Source of the DNA: the human T2T-CHM13v2.0 reference genome, Homo sapiens
Length of the DNA stretch: 64,000 nucleotides
NCBI RefSeq assembly: GCF_009914755.1
Contig: NC_060943.1
Strand: one strand, 5' to 3'
Shown here: piece after piece, positions 17,183 through 29,662 of the stretch
Layout: each line of letters opens with the position of its first letter
Position numbering within the stretch: position 1 is the first letter of the stretch
Made by a program: the position numbers and the translations under genes
The notes under the pieces: model-generated
What the model was told of the DNA's origin: nothing
What the model saw: only the letters and a program-made list of their open reading frames with translations
Database searches by the model: none

Positions 17183-17480
17183 ATTTTTTTTTCAAGTTGG
17201 AGTCTCACTCACTCTGTCGTCCAGGCTGGAGTTCAGCGGCACAATCTCGGCTCACAGCAACCTCTGCTTCCTGGATTCACGTGATTCTCCTGCATCAGCC
17301 TCCCAAGTAGCTGGAATTACAGGTGTGTGCCACCATGCCGGGCTAATTTTTGAACGTTTAGTAGAGACGAGGTTTCTCCATGTTGGCGAGGTTGGTGCCG
17401 AACTCCTGACCTCAAGTGATTCACCCGCCTCGTCTCCCCAAAATGCTGGGATCACAGGCAAGACCCGCCGTGCCTAGCCT
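17183..17480 (-). mobile_element. Alu at the left edge of the segmental duplication
   Basis: Alu consensus flanked by the TSD AATTAGATTTT on both sides. Confidence 0.88.
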
Positions 17481-18347
17481 TGAATTAGATTTTAATAACA
17501 TTTGTAAAAACAAAAAGAATTGAAAAACTTCTGCCGAACCTCTGTAGTGAGTTTTCACTTCAGTTATTTTACTTTATGCCCCTCAATTTCTAATTAGTTC
17601 ATTTTTAAAATTTCTATTTGGTTATTGATATTTTCTATTTTGTGAGGTGTTACTCTTCTAATTTACTTCAGTTCTTTGCCTGTTGTTTCCTTTAGTTCTT
17701 TTGGTCCTCCTTCGACAAGTAATTTAGTCTGCAGAGAGGAAGCCCAAGGTCTTGAGCACATTTATTTCATCTTGTGACTTGTAGACATTCGGTTCTCTTT
17801 GTGTGCCTCATATATTTTTTGTTGAAAATTGGAAGTTTTCTGTGGCAGACGCAGATCAGATTCTCAAAGTTCACAGGTTTTTTTTTTTGTTTTGTTATAC
17901 TTGCGGGCTGTAGTTTTCTGTTTTTGTTTTGTTTTGTTTGGACTTAATGAAACTATTTTGCAAAAATTCTGTTTTTTCTCCTCTGTGTTCTCAGCTCATC
18001 CTGACTGACACTTCTCCTCACAGAACTTGGTGACTAGACGACCCACATGAGTGCTTCCTTATATCCTGGGCAAAACACAGAACCTAAGGAATCTTGAAGA
18101 AAAAAATTCAGAGCCACGGTTGAGCAATAACATGCCCTGCCTGGTTCTGAGCCACCTCATCCATGCCCCGGCTGGACTGACAGTGGGGCCACGTGCTGGG
18201 CAGTGGCTCAGGGTGGGACCACAATGTCCTGGTTCACCTCAAATCCGTTTGCCGTACCAACACTGACAATGAGAGAAAGGAAGACAGTTTCCTTTGGAAA
18301 CTGAGCCAAGCCCTGGGTTGTCAGAAACTCTGAGCTTCTCTTCATTG

Positions 18348-18745
18348 TTAAAGAAGAAAATGTGGCACATCTACACCATGGAATACTATGCAGCCATAAA
18401 AAAGGATGACTTCATGCCCTTTGTAGGCACATGGATGAAGCTGGAAACAATGATTCTCAGCAAACTATCAGAAGATTGGAAAACCAAACACCACATGTTC
18501 TCACTCATAAGTGGGAGATGAACAATGAGAACACATGGGCACAGGGAGAGGAACATCACATACTGGGACCTGTCGGGGGGCGGGGGGTTAGGGGAGGGAT
18601 AGCATTAGGGAGAAATATCTAATGCAGGTGACGGGTTGACGGGTGCAGCAAGCCCACATGGCACATCTATACCTATGTACCAAACCTGCACGTTCTGCAC
18701 ATGTACCCCAGAACTTAAAGTATAATTAAAAAAAAAAAGAAAAGT
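18348..18745 (+). mobile_element. L1PA 3' end fragment (duplicated at about 28350-28745)
   Basis: AAGAAAATGTGGCACAT...GGAATACTATGCAGCCATAAAA...GTACCCCAGAACTTAAAGTATAATT followed by a polyA tail. Confidence 0.85.
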
Positions 18746-19662
18746 TTGCTTGTACAGTGAACAGGGCCTGGGGATCGGAAGCCACCGAAGCCAACCATTT
18801 ACGTCAGCTTCTGTGACACGCCTGCAGGGACGGGGCATGGAGAATACAGACCTCGCTGACTGGGATGTTGAAGGACAGGTTTTTATTCAAACACAGAAGA
18901 CCCCTAAAGTACTGAACTGTACATGAGAGTGGGCAAGGAAACTTTACCACTGTCTGAATAGAAGCCAGCGGAGCTGCTTTCTGTGAAAAGATGCAATTGG
19001 AAAAGATGTGGAAAGTATCTAACACCCAAACCAACCCCACCAGTGTGCCAGCAATCCTAAGACGCTATTCTCTAATTCTGAACGGAAGAACTCCTCTCCC
19101 AAGACATGAGCATGAATGCAATTCCAGGCTGTAAGATATTTTGGGAGACTATTAGAGAGGCAAATCAACCCACTGGGCTTGGTGCTTTCCACAACTGAGG
19201 CCACCTGGTATTCCCAAAGAGAACAGAAATTTCGTTCAAGCTTTACGGGAAGCAGATAAAAATTAAAAGATGTGAGGGATCAGTGCTCCAGGAACATGGG
19301 CCCATAAAATTACAAGCTGGAGAATAACTGCTCCCAGAAATGTGAGTATATTTTAAAAGGATTTATATGAGAAAATAAAGCAATTAGAATTATGCAAGAA
19401 GAGATAAGCATTTTCTCCCTGCATGCATATGTGTAGATACGGTATGTGTGTATACATGGACATACATGTGGCAGATTATATTATAGGTCCCAATCAATGA
19501 AGAAATGCAATGTGCAAGGATTTCATCTAATATATGCACCACAACGTAGAGATTTGTGTTTCTCCATTTGCCTTCATGAGACAAAAGGAATTGAGAACTG
19601 CCTTGGCTTTGAATAGGAAAGAAGAGAATCTAGCAATCACTAGAGAATGATTACTGTGGAGA

Positions 19663-19711
19663 TGATTAAATTAAAGACTATTAATTTAATCACATTAATG
19701 TAATCAAATCC
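19663..19711. promoter_or_regulatory. Clustered double-homeodomain (DUX4-type) motifs upstream of RFPL4A
   Basis: TGATTAAATTA 19663-19673, TAATTTAATCA 19682-19692, TAATGTAATCA 19696-19706, TAATCAAATCC 19701-19711. Confidence 0.7.
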
Positions 19712-20380
19712 TTTCCCACCTGACCTCCAGTCTCCCACTTTTACATTCTTATCCATGAACTCTGATCACCTATAATATATTTAATACATGAGGAACCCGT
19801 TTTTGAACATTTTTAAAGAGGAAATGAATCTCATTTTACTTATGTTGTGATGTAAGGGAAATAGATTGTAACAGTAACGTTTAACTTTCATTTTAGATGC
19901 TGCAACTACAAAGAAAAACGGACTTTCACTGGCTGACTGATTGTCTGGAAACCGTTTTGGGATTTCTTTCCTAAGCTTCTTAATTAGAATCTTTACATTA
20001 TAGAGAAAATGATTTTGAGAGTTGAGTGTGGTCTGTGGAGTGTCCTATTAGTAACGACTTCTGAGTAGGTTTAAGTCACCTCTTTTATTGAAATGTGAAA
20101 AGGTGTGACATTTATAAGAGAAAACTCTTTGAAAGTCGCACCGTTCATTTTAGAGGAATTTTAAATGTCACCCCAAATTTTACGATTTTAATTAATTTTA
20201 ATTAATTTCCAAATTTTAACCAATAGGCATAATATTCAAGATCTTATCTAAAAATTATTACATGGCAATATTTTGTCCTTGTTAATTAAAAAATAACACT
20301 GAAAACACAGTCGTCTTCCTTTAAGGTAAAAACCTGTCCAATAGTAACAATCTCAATGATGGCAGAATGAAATCAGAATC

Positions 20381-20446
20381 TGATTGGATTAAAAAGGAGG
20401 GAAAGGGTGTGGCTAAGGTGGGTGGAGACACCCTCTGGTATAAAAG
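20381..20446 (+). promoter_or_regulatory. RFPL4A core promoter: DUX4-type motif + TATA box
   Basis: TGATTGGATTA (reverse complement TAATCCAATCA, fits the DUX4 consensus TAAYYYAATCA) at 20381-20391 and TATAAAAG at 20439-20446. RFPL4A is an established DUX4/ZGA target. Confidence 0.85.
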
Positions 20447-20469
20447 CCCCTGGCAGGCAGCTCTCACTC

Positions 20470-20528
20470 CAGATCTGAGCTGTCCGCAGAAGCAGCTGGA
20501 GGCCAGGGGAGAAACTCCAGAAGGAGAG
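20470..20528 (+). other. RFPL4A: RFPL4A 5' exon 1 (start approximate)
   Basis: About 25-30 nt downstream of TATAAAAG (20439-20446); strong donor GAG|GTGAGT after 20528. Confidence 0.8.
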
Positions 20529-21618
20529 GTGAGTTCAATCTTATGGAATTCATTTTTACAAAAGGCGTATGAGAGTCTAGGGGAATGCAATAATGTCTTG
20601 ATTCCACAAGTGTTGTCTGAGGCCAAGGCCATGACAGACACACTGTATTTCTGGAGGATAAGGGGACCTCTTCCCTGGTAACAGTTAGGTAAGTCTTAGA
20701 TTTTCAATACCAAGGCGAGAGACTTGACAATCTCCATTTGCTTGAATTTCGTGAGAATTTGGTAGACTTTCTGAAATGATGGACAGAGGTTCGGTGGCTG
20801 CGTTACTCAACGTCAGGTTTTCCTATGGGTTTGGTATTGTTTTCCTATTCTCCCCTTCCCACAACCCCTGGCAACCATCATTCTTCTCTTATTTTCTGAT
20901 TTTTTTTTTGTTCAGTTTTTTGTTCCTTTTAATTCAGAAAGAGAAAGGGAAGGAAATGAAAAGCAAAGTTTGTTTACATTACTATTGCGGAAAAGATCTG
21001 GCCAGATGCTGGGACCCACCTCTTCCAGGATGGGGATTCATTATTTCTTTAATTGTTTTGAGACAGGGTCTCGCTCTGTCTGCCAGGCTGGAGTGCAGTG
21101 GCTATTTTCTGATTCTATGAGATCAGTCAACTCAGATTCCACATAACTGAGATCATACAGTGTTTACTTCCCTCAGCCTCACTTATTTCACTTCCCATCA
21201 TGCCCTCGGCCTTCATCCACATTGGTGCAATGCCAGAATTGCCTTCTTTTTTATGGTAGAATAATCCAATGTATATACCACCATTTCCTCATCCATGTTT
21301 CTCTCATAGACTCTGGGGTTGTTTCCATGGCTCTTGTGAATAACGCTGCAGAGAACCTAAGAGTGCAGATGTCTCTTTGACATGCTGACTTCTTTCTTTC
21401 ACGTAGAAACACGGAAGTAGGGTTGCTGGAACACAGGCAGTTCTATCCTTCATGTTTTCAGAAACCTCCCTACTATTTTCTGTAGTGGTTGTACCATTTT
21501 CTTTCCCACCAACCGTGCACAAGGGTTCCCCTTTCTCCACATCCTTACCAACACTTGTCTTTTGTCTTTTTGATCATAGCCATCCTAGCAGAGAGGGGTT
21601 AATATCTCATCGCGGTTT

Positions 21619-22198
21619 TGTTGCTGGAGGGCTCAGGAGGCTCTCTGGATGCCAGAGAGACCCCAGTCCCAGCCAGTTTCCAGGTTCTGGATGCTGTCGG
21701 GAGAACGAATTCAGGGATGAGCCAGAATGAAGTGAAAGGCAAGAAGTTTTTATTCCAGAGCAAAAGCACACTGTTAGGAGAGAAGTGTGGGCGTGATTCT
21801 GAAAGCTGGTGGCTTTCGATGGCCTTCGGGGTTTCTATTTTTGTCAGTCCTTCTAATTAGGAGGTGAACTAATCATTAGGTTTTCTAGGAAAAAGCAGAG
21901 ATTTTTTAGAATTGGTGAGGTACCCATTTTTGTACTACATATGGGCATGCTGGGGTCAGCCGTGACACTGCAGAATGTGTGATTTAGTGTGATAATGACC
22001 ACGGTCATTACTGTGGCAATGCTTTGAAACAGCTTAACTCCCTCCGGTTTTTTATCACCTCATGAGCCCAGGTTCCTCCTTGTCCTTGTAATTTTAATGA
22101 CAAGTGGCTAATTTTAACAGCCACTGTTTTGGTCCTATGTGAAAATGTCACTGGATACGTTCTCGATTCTCTTGTGACCACACAGTATTCCTGCCTCA
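21619..22198 (-). mobile_element. Solo ERV1-class LTR inserted in an old L1 in RFPL4A intron 1
   Basis: TG...CA termini and 4-bp TSD GTTT (21615-21618 / 22199-22202). The - strand starts TGAGGCAGGAATA (MER4-group-like); subfamily not determined. Confidence 0.75.
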
Positions 22199-22587
22199 GT
22201 TTAAATTGCATTTCTCTGATGGTGAGTGAGGTTGAGCTTGTTCCTCAGTACTTGCTGGTCGTTGGTGTGTGCTTTTCAGAGAAATATCTATTCAGGATTC
22301 TGCCCATTGGAATTTGGATTATTTTGGCTTTTTTTTCTTTTTGCTACAGCCTTGAAAATATTCCTTATATATTTTGGATATTAATCCATTGTCATATATA
22401 TGGCTGCTTGTTTGTTTTTCATTAGTTCTGGTTTTTCCTTTTTTTTTTTTTTTCCGCTATGCAGAAGATTCAGTTTTACCTGGTACGACTTATTTGTATT
22501 TTGTGTCTTGTCCTTTTGTTGCACTATCAGGGTTTTCACCACATGCAGTTTGCACAGTTGGGGAAGTAGAAGGTCTTCAAATGGACT

Positions 22588-22890
22588 CCAGCACTGTCCA
22601 ATAGAAACATAAGATAACCCATATATGTAATGGTAAATTCAGTTTCTGGTAGTCACATAAAATAGAACAAAACAAGCCTAATGAATTTTAACTCAAAATA
22701 TAATATCGTTTAACATGTGAGCAACTTTAAACGTTCTCAAGCAGATAGTTTACGTTCTCTTTTCCCCATTATGTCTTCAAAAATAAGAGCGTATTTGGCT
22801 CACAGCACATCTCCATTCAGATACACCCCATTTCAGGTCTCAATAGCCATTTGTCACTGGTGGCTACCATATGAAACAGTTCAGGTGTAG
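22588..22890. mobile_element. MER3/MER33-like hAT DNA transposon just upstream of exon 2; homologs at about 15222-15510, 32597-32893 and 38362-38660
   Basis: CAGCACTGTCCAATAGAA...GTGGCTACCATAT...ACAG termini; present at the same position in all four RFPL4 units. Confidence 0.7.
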
Positions 22891-23144
22891 ACTCCTTTAC
22901 TATTTCAACTCAAAGTCTTTCGGTGAATCATGCCCTTTATTCCAATGAGTATTACAGATATTAGAAGTTCAGGGCCTCGAGTCATTGACATTTGTATTCA
23001 TGTTGTGTCTTCGTCACTAGCAGTAGTGATTTTAAGTGTCGTGCTATGATAGCTCCATGCATGTAAAGATAAAAGCCCCAAACACTATCAGCTGTTCATT
23101 CAGCTCGTGGAAATTCTAATTCCGTGTTCATTTTTTTTCTATAG

Positions 23145-23510
<366 letters not shown>

Positions 23511-23950
23511 TAAACATAGGCATTAGCAGGATATCTAGCATCTAAAACTTCCATGCTTCACAAACAACAGCAGTTCTCACCTTTGCGTAGAGATTTTCAT
23601 GGAATCTGTGCAAGTTTGTAGAATACTTTGGAGAGCAAGCTCCTGTCTTCTTTCTTGTATCATATGTGCTAAATGGAAAGCTAATTTTCATCAAATTATC
23701 CACTAACTTATTTCGAAAGGCATTTCTAATATGAATAAGGTGGACTTGTTACAATGATCATATTCATGCAACCTATAGATACAATTTAACCTCATCAGGT
23801 GGCCAAACAAGTTTCCCCAGGAAATTTTGATTTGGGAAAGAAAGTAGAATAAAAGTAAAAGTGAATAATGTGTTTAAGTGTTTGCAGTCAAAGGGCAGAG
23901 GGAGTCTGTAGTGTGTGTCTTTGCTGAACTCCTGGTTCTTCTTTGCACAG

Positions 23951-24528
23951 TGGATATGACGTTCGATGTGGACACAGCCAACAACTATCTCATCATTTCT
24001 GAAGACCTGAGGAGTTTCCGAAGTGGGGATTTGAGCCAGAATAGGAAGGAGCAAGCTGAGAGGTTCGACACTGCCCTGTGCGTCCTGGGCACCCCTCGCT
24101 TCACTTCCGGCCGCCATTACTGGGAGGTGGACGTGGGCACCAGCCAAGTGTGGGATGTGGGCGTGTGCAAGGAATCTGTCAACCGACAGGGGAAGATTGT
24201 GCTTTCTTCAGAACACGGCTTCTTGACTGTGGGTTGCAGAGAAGGAAAGGTCTTTGCTGCCAGCACTGTGCCTATGACTCCTCTCTGGGTGAGTCCCCAG
24301 TTGCACAGAGTGGGGATTTTCCTGGATGTAGGTATGAGGTCCATTGCCTTTTACAATGTTAGTGATGGGTGCCATATCTACACATTCATCGAGATTCCTG
24401 TTTGCGAGCCCTGGCGTCCATTTTTTGCTCATAAACGTGGAAGTCAAGATGATCAGAGCATCCTGAGTATCTGTTCTGTGATCAATCCATCCGCTGCCAG
24501 TGCCCCAGTTTCTTCTGAGGGAAAGTAA
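23951..24528 (+). CDS. RFPL4A: RFPL4A coding exon (exon 3): PRY/SPRY (B30.2) domain
   Basis: Acceptor TTTGCACAG| at 23950. Reads VDMTFDVDTANNYL...FTSGRHYWEVDVG...RVGIFLD...LSIC...EGK*. 286+578=864 nt = 287 aa + stop. Confidence 0.96.
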
Positions 24529-24533
24529 ATAAA
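24528..24533 (+). terminator. RFPL4A proximal polyA signal overlapping the stop codon (distal AATAAA at 24752-24757)
   Basis: ...AAG TAA ATAAA...; same arrangement at 34536-34541 in RFPL4AL1. Confidence 0.6.
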
Positions 24534-25319
24534 CATTTGAACATAATCATCTTTAGGAAGTTTCAGTGCTCCCATAGCCATAGCTAAGAACTTTTCCGCT
24601 AGATACACATAGGTACAAAGGGACAGAAGGGAAAGAGCCATCACTCTGTAAACCATGAACAGAAAGCAATTATATTAATGAGGGGAAAATTACATTGTAC
24701 TTAAAGTTTGTCATGTTGTTTTCTTTGGGGCTTATGTTTATATTTCTGTTCAATAAATATTTTGAAAATTCAGATTCATTTGCCAATCTTTTCTATTTTC
24801 TGCAAGATTAGTTTACTATGTGTTATGGAAGTTATGAACGAAATAATAATTTGAATGTGACCCAACACAGTAACTGAATTTCAAATGATAAGGACCTATG
24901 AATACGGCAAAATTATATATGTTCATGTATTCAGTTTAACCCAATAACTGAACACTGACATTCATTTCAAGTGCACACTGAGTGTTTGCCACGAATATGT
25001 GTGGTCTTAGAGAGAACTCGTTAGCTTTAAAATTGAAATACAATACACCCTCTCCTATGACGGCAACAGAGTCAAATTGGAAATCAATAACAGGAAGAAA
25101 TCCATAAATTCTCCACATATATGCAAATTAAATAACCACTTCTAAATAAAATGATCAAATATGAAATTACAATGGAAATTACAGCTATCCTGAGTTGAAT
25201 GAAAAGCACACATTTACAAAATTTCTAGATGCGGTTGAAGCTCAGTGAGAAACTCATAATAGGAAGAAAATATCGTAATCAATCACCTTAATTTCTACTT
25301 GAACTTACTTCACTAAGAG

Positions 25320-25890
25320 CAATTCAATTGTCAGCATTTTGATCAAAACCATCTGACAAGTATCTGGGAAGTTCCAGACATTCTCACATCTTCCTGTCTT
25401 CTTCTGAGCCCTGCAAACGGTTGCAACCTCTGCCCGTTACCCAGTTCCAAAGTCGCTTCCACATTTTCAGGTACCATAGTAGCAGTGCCTCACTCCTGGT
25501 ACCAATATTCTGTAACAGTTCATTCTCACACTGCTCTAAAGAACTACCGGAGACTGGGTAATTTATGAAGAAAAGAGGTTTCATTAATTTATAGTTCTGC
25601 AGGTCGCACGGGGAACATCACTGGGTGGCCTCGGGAAATTTAACAATCATGGAGGAAGGCAGAGGGGAAGCGAGTGGCTTTTTCACATAGTGACAGGAAA
25701 GAGAGAAAGAGGAAAGTGCCATCCACTTTGAAATCATCAGATCTTGTGAGAACTCACTCACGGTCATGGGAATAGCGTGGAGGAAATCCGTCCCCGTGAT
25801 CCAATCATCTCCCACCTGGTCCCTCCCCCAACACTGAGGATGACAATTCAACATGAGATTTGGCTGGGGACACAGAGCCAAACCGTATCA
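25320..25890 (-). mobile_element. ERVL-MaLR (MSTA/THE1D-like) LTR 25511-25890 plus adjacent internal fragment
   Basis: The - strand begins TGATACGGTTTGGCTCTGTGTCCCC...AAATCTCATGTTGAATTG, ends ...TTACA, and is followed by GAATATTGGTACCAGGAG internal sequence. Confidence 0.85.
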
Positions 25891-27029
25891 CTTGATATGA
25901 TCCCACAGAATACTATTCATTTTCATTCAGTCTTTTATTTCTTAACAAATGGTGGTAAAGTATATATAATTGACCATCTTAACCATTTTTAAGTGTAAAA
26001 TTCAATGGTATTTATGATGTCCATATTATTTTGCCACCATCACTGCCATTCATCTCCAGAAATCTTTTCATCTTCCAAAATTGAAACTGTATAGCCATCC
26101 TAGCCCTCTTTTAAATTCATCTATTTGTTGTCTCGCCTGAGTGCCTTATGTATTCTGGATGTTAACCCCTTATCGGATGTCTGGTTTGCAAATATCTTCT
26201 CCCACTGTGTAGATTGTCTCTTCACCTTATTGTTTCCTTTGTTGTGCAGCAGCTTTTACATGTGATGCGATCCCACTTGTCTCTGTTTGTTTTTGTTGCC
26301 TGTGATTTAGGTGGTTATATCAAAAAACAAGTTTGCCCAGACAAATTTCTTAGATCTTTCCCCCTGTGTTTTGATCTGATAGGTTTACCATTTCAGGTCT
26401 TTCATTTAACTCTTTTCTCCGTTTTGAGTTGATTCATGCATGCAGTTTGATGTAAAGATACAATTGCCTTCTTCTATATGTGGATGAGTTCTTCGAGCAC
26501 AATTTATTGAAGGGGCTGTACTTTCCCCATTTCGTATTGTGGATCCTTTGTCAAAAATCAATTTGCCACATGTGCGCGGGTTTATATGGGAGGTTTCATT
26601 CCTGTTTCATTGGTAGAAACGGCTGTTTTTATTCTAGTAGCATGTCGTTTTGATTATACTAGTTTTATAATATATTTTGAAATCAAGTAGTGTGATGTCT
26701 ACAGCTGTGAGATTTTTCTGCATATGATTGTTTTAGCTATTTGGGGTCTTTTGTGGCTTCACCCAAATTTTAGGACTTTTTTCTCTTTTTCTGTGAAAAA
26801 TGAGAATTGTGATTGGGATTGCATTGAATGTGCGGATCCTTTTGAGTGTATAGACATTTTAACAATATTAATTCTAATCCGTGAACATGAGATATCCTTT
26901 TATTTGTGTTTTTGTCAATTTTGTTCATTGCTATTTTATACTTTTTATTGTACAGGTCTTTCTCCTTCTTTACTGAATTTACTCTTGGGTTTGATTTTCT
27001 TATTGTTATTTTAATTGGAATTATTATTA

Positions 27030-27297
27030 TGATATTTGGAGAGAGAGTCTCTCTCTGTTTTCCTGGCTGGAGTGCAGTGCAACGATCTCAGCTCACTGCA
27101 GACTCCTGCCTCAGGCCCCCAAGTAGCTGAGATTACAGGTAGCAGTCACCATGCCCAGCTGATTTTTGTCTCTTTGGTAGAGATAGAGTTTCACCATTTT
27201 GGCCAGGCTGGTCTCGAATTCCTGACCACAAGTGATCTGCCCACTTTGGCCTCCCAATATGCTGGGATTACAGGTGTGAGCCACCATACCTGGCCCG
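27030..27297 (-). mobile_element. Alu within an antisense L1 in the spacer between duplication copies
   Basis: Alu consensus motifs; flanked by the repeat GGAATTATT. Confidence 0.85.
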
Positions 27298-29662
27298 GAA
27301 TTATTTTTTATTTTCTTTTTTAGATGGTTTATTTACAATTCATAAAAATGCTAAGAATTTTTGTTTGTTGATTTTGTGTCTTGCACCTTCACTGAATTCA
27401 TTTATCAGTCCTAACAGAATTTGTTGGAGTTTTTAGGGTTTTCTCTATATAAGATGGTGTCATCGGCAGTGACAATTTCACTTGCCTTGAATTAGATTTT
27501 AATAACATTTATAAAAACAAAAAAGGTGGAAAAACTTCTGTCGAATCTCTGTAGTGAGTTTTCATTTCAGTTATTTTCCTTTATGCCCCTCAATTTCTAA
27601 TTAGTGCATTTTTAAAATTTCTATTTGGTTATTGATATTTTCTATTTTGTGAGGTGTTACTCTTCTAATTTACTTCAGTTCTTTGTCTGTTGTTTCCTTT
27701 AGTTCTTTTGGTCCTCCTTCGACAAGTAATTTAGTCTGTAGAGAGGAAGCCCAAGGTCTTGAGCACATTTATTTCATCTTGTGACTTGTAGACATTCGGT
27801 TCTCTTTGTGTGCCTCATTTATTTTGTTGTAAATTGGAAGTGTTCTGTGGCAGATGCAGATCAGATTCTCAAAGTTCACAGGTTTTTTATTGTTATACTT
27901 GTGGGCTGTGGTTTTCTGTTTTTGTTTTGTTTTGTTTGGACTTAATGAAAGTATTTTGCAAGAGTTCCGTTTTTTCTCCTCTGTGGTCTCAGCTCATCCT
28001 GACTGACACTTCTCCTCACAGAACTTGGTGACCAGACGACCCACATGAGTGCTTCCTTATATCCTGGGCAAAACACAGAACCTAAGGAATCTTGAAGAAA
28101 AAAATTCAGAGCCACGGTTGGGCAATAACATGACCTGCCTGGTTCTGAGCCACCTCATCCATGTCCCGGCTGGACTGACGGTGGGGCCACGTGCTGGGCA
28201 GTGGCTCAGGGTGAGACCACAATGTCCGGGTTCACCTCAAATCCGTTTGCCGTACCAACACTGACAATGAGAGAAAGGAAGACAGTTTCCTTTGGAAACT
28301 CAGCCAAGCCCTGGGTTGTGAGAAACTCTGAGCTTCTCTTCATTGTTAAAGAAGAAAATGTGGCACATCTACACCATGGAATACTATGCAGCCATAAAAA
28401 AGGACGACTTCATGTTTTCTGCAGGGACGTGGATGAAGCTGGAAACCATGATTCTCAGCAAACTATCACAAGATTGGAAAACCAAACACGGCATGTTCTC
28501 ACTCATAAGTAGGAGCTGAACAATGAGAACACATGGACACAGGGAGAGGAACATCACACACTGGGACTTGTCGGGGGGCGGGGGGTTAGGGGAGGGATAG
28601 CATTAGGGAGAAATACCTAATGTAGGTGACGGGTTGATGGGTGCAGGAAGCCCACATGGCACATCTGTACCTATGTACCAAACCTGCACGTTCTGCACAT
28701 GTACCCCAGAACTTAAAGTATAATTAAAAAAAAAGAAAAAGAAAAGTCTGCTTGTACAGTGAACAGGGCCTGGGGATCGGAAGCCACCGAAGCCAACCAT
28801 TTACGTCTGCTTCTGTGACACGCCTGCAGGGACGGGGCATGGAGAATACAGACCTCGCTGACTGGGATGTTGAAGGACAGGTTTATTCAAACACAGAAAA
28901 CCCTCAAAGTACTGAACTGTACATGAGAGCGGGCAAGGAAACTTTACCACTGTCTGAATAGAAGCCAGCGGAGCTGCTTTCTGTGAAAAGATGCAATTGG
29001 AAAAGATGTGGAAAGTATCTAACAGCCAAACCAACCCCACCAGTGTGCCAGCAATCCTAAGACACTATTCTCTAATTCTAAACGGAAGAACTCCTCTCCC
29101 AAGACATGAGCATGAATGCAATTCCAGGCTGTAAGATATTTTGGGAGAATATTAGAGAGGCAAATCAACCCACTGGGCTCGGTGCTTTCCACAACTGAGG
29201 CCACCTGGTATTCCCAAAGAGAACATAAATTTTGTTCAAGCTTTACGGAAAGCAGATAAAAATTAAAAGATGTGAGGGATCAGTGCTCCAGGAACATGGG
29301 CCCATAAAATTACAAGCTGGAGAATAACTGCTCCCAGAAATGTGAGTATATTTTAAAAGGATTTATATGAGAAAATAAAGCAATTAGAATTATGCAAGAA
29401 GAGATAAGCATTTTCTCCCTGCATGCATATGTGTAGATACGGTATGTGTGTATACATGGACATACATGTGGCAGATTATATTATAGGTCCCAATCAATGA
29501 AGAAATGCAGTGTGCAAGGATTTCATCTAATATATGCACCACAACGTAGAGATTTGTGTTTCTCCATTTGCCTTCATGAGACAAAAGGAATTGAGAACTG
29601 CCTTGGCTTTGAATAGGAAAGAAGAGAATCTAGCAATCACTAGAGAATGATTACTGTGGAGA

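Noticed and set aside
21865-21875. TGAACTAATCA inside the intronic ERV1 LTR as a DUX4 site
   Set aside because: Weak match to the consensus; plausible by chance in AT-rich DNA.
23878-23950. ORF-track N-terminus MFAVKGQRESVV... for the SPRY ORF (also 33886 and 39663)
   Set aside because: Intronic read-through; the true exon starts at the acceptor (23951, 33959, 39703).
23773-24447. Antisense and alternate-frame ORFs over RFPL4 exon 3, repeated in each copy
   Set aside because: Shadow ORFs; they recur only because of duplication and conversion.
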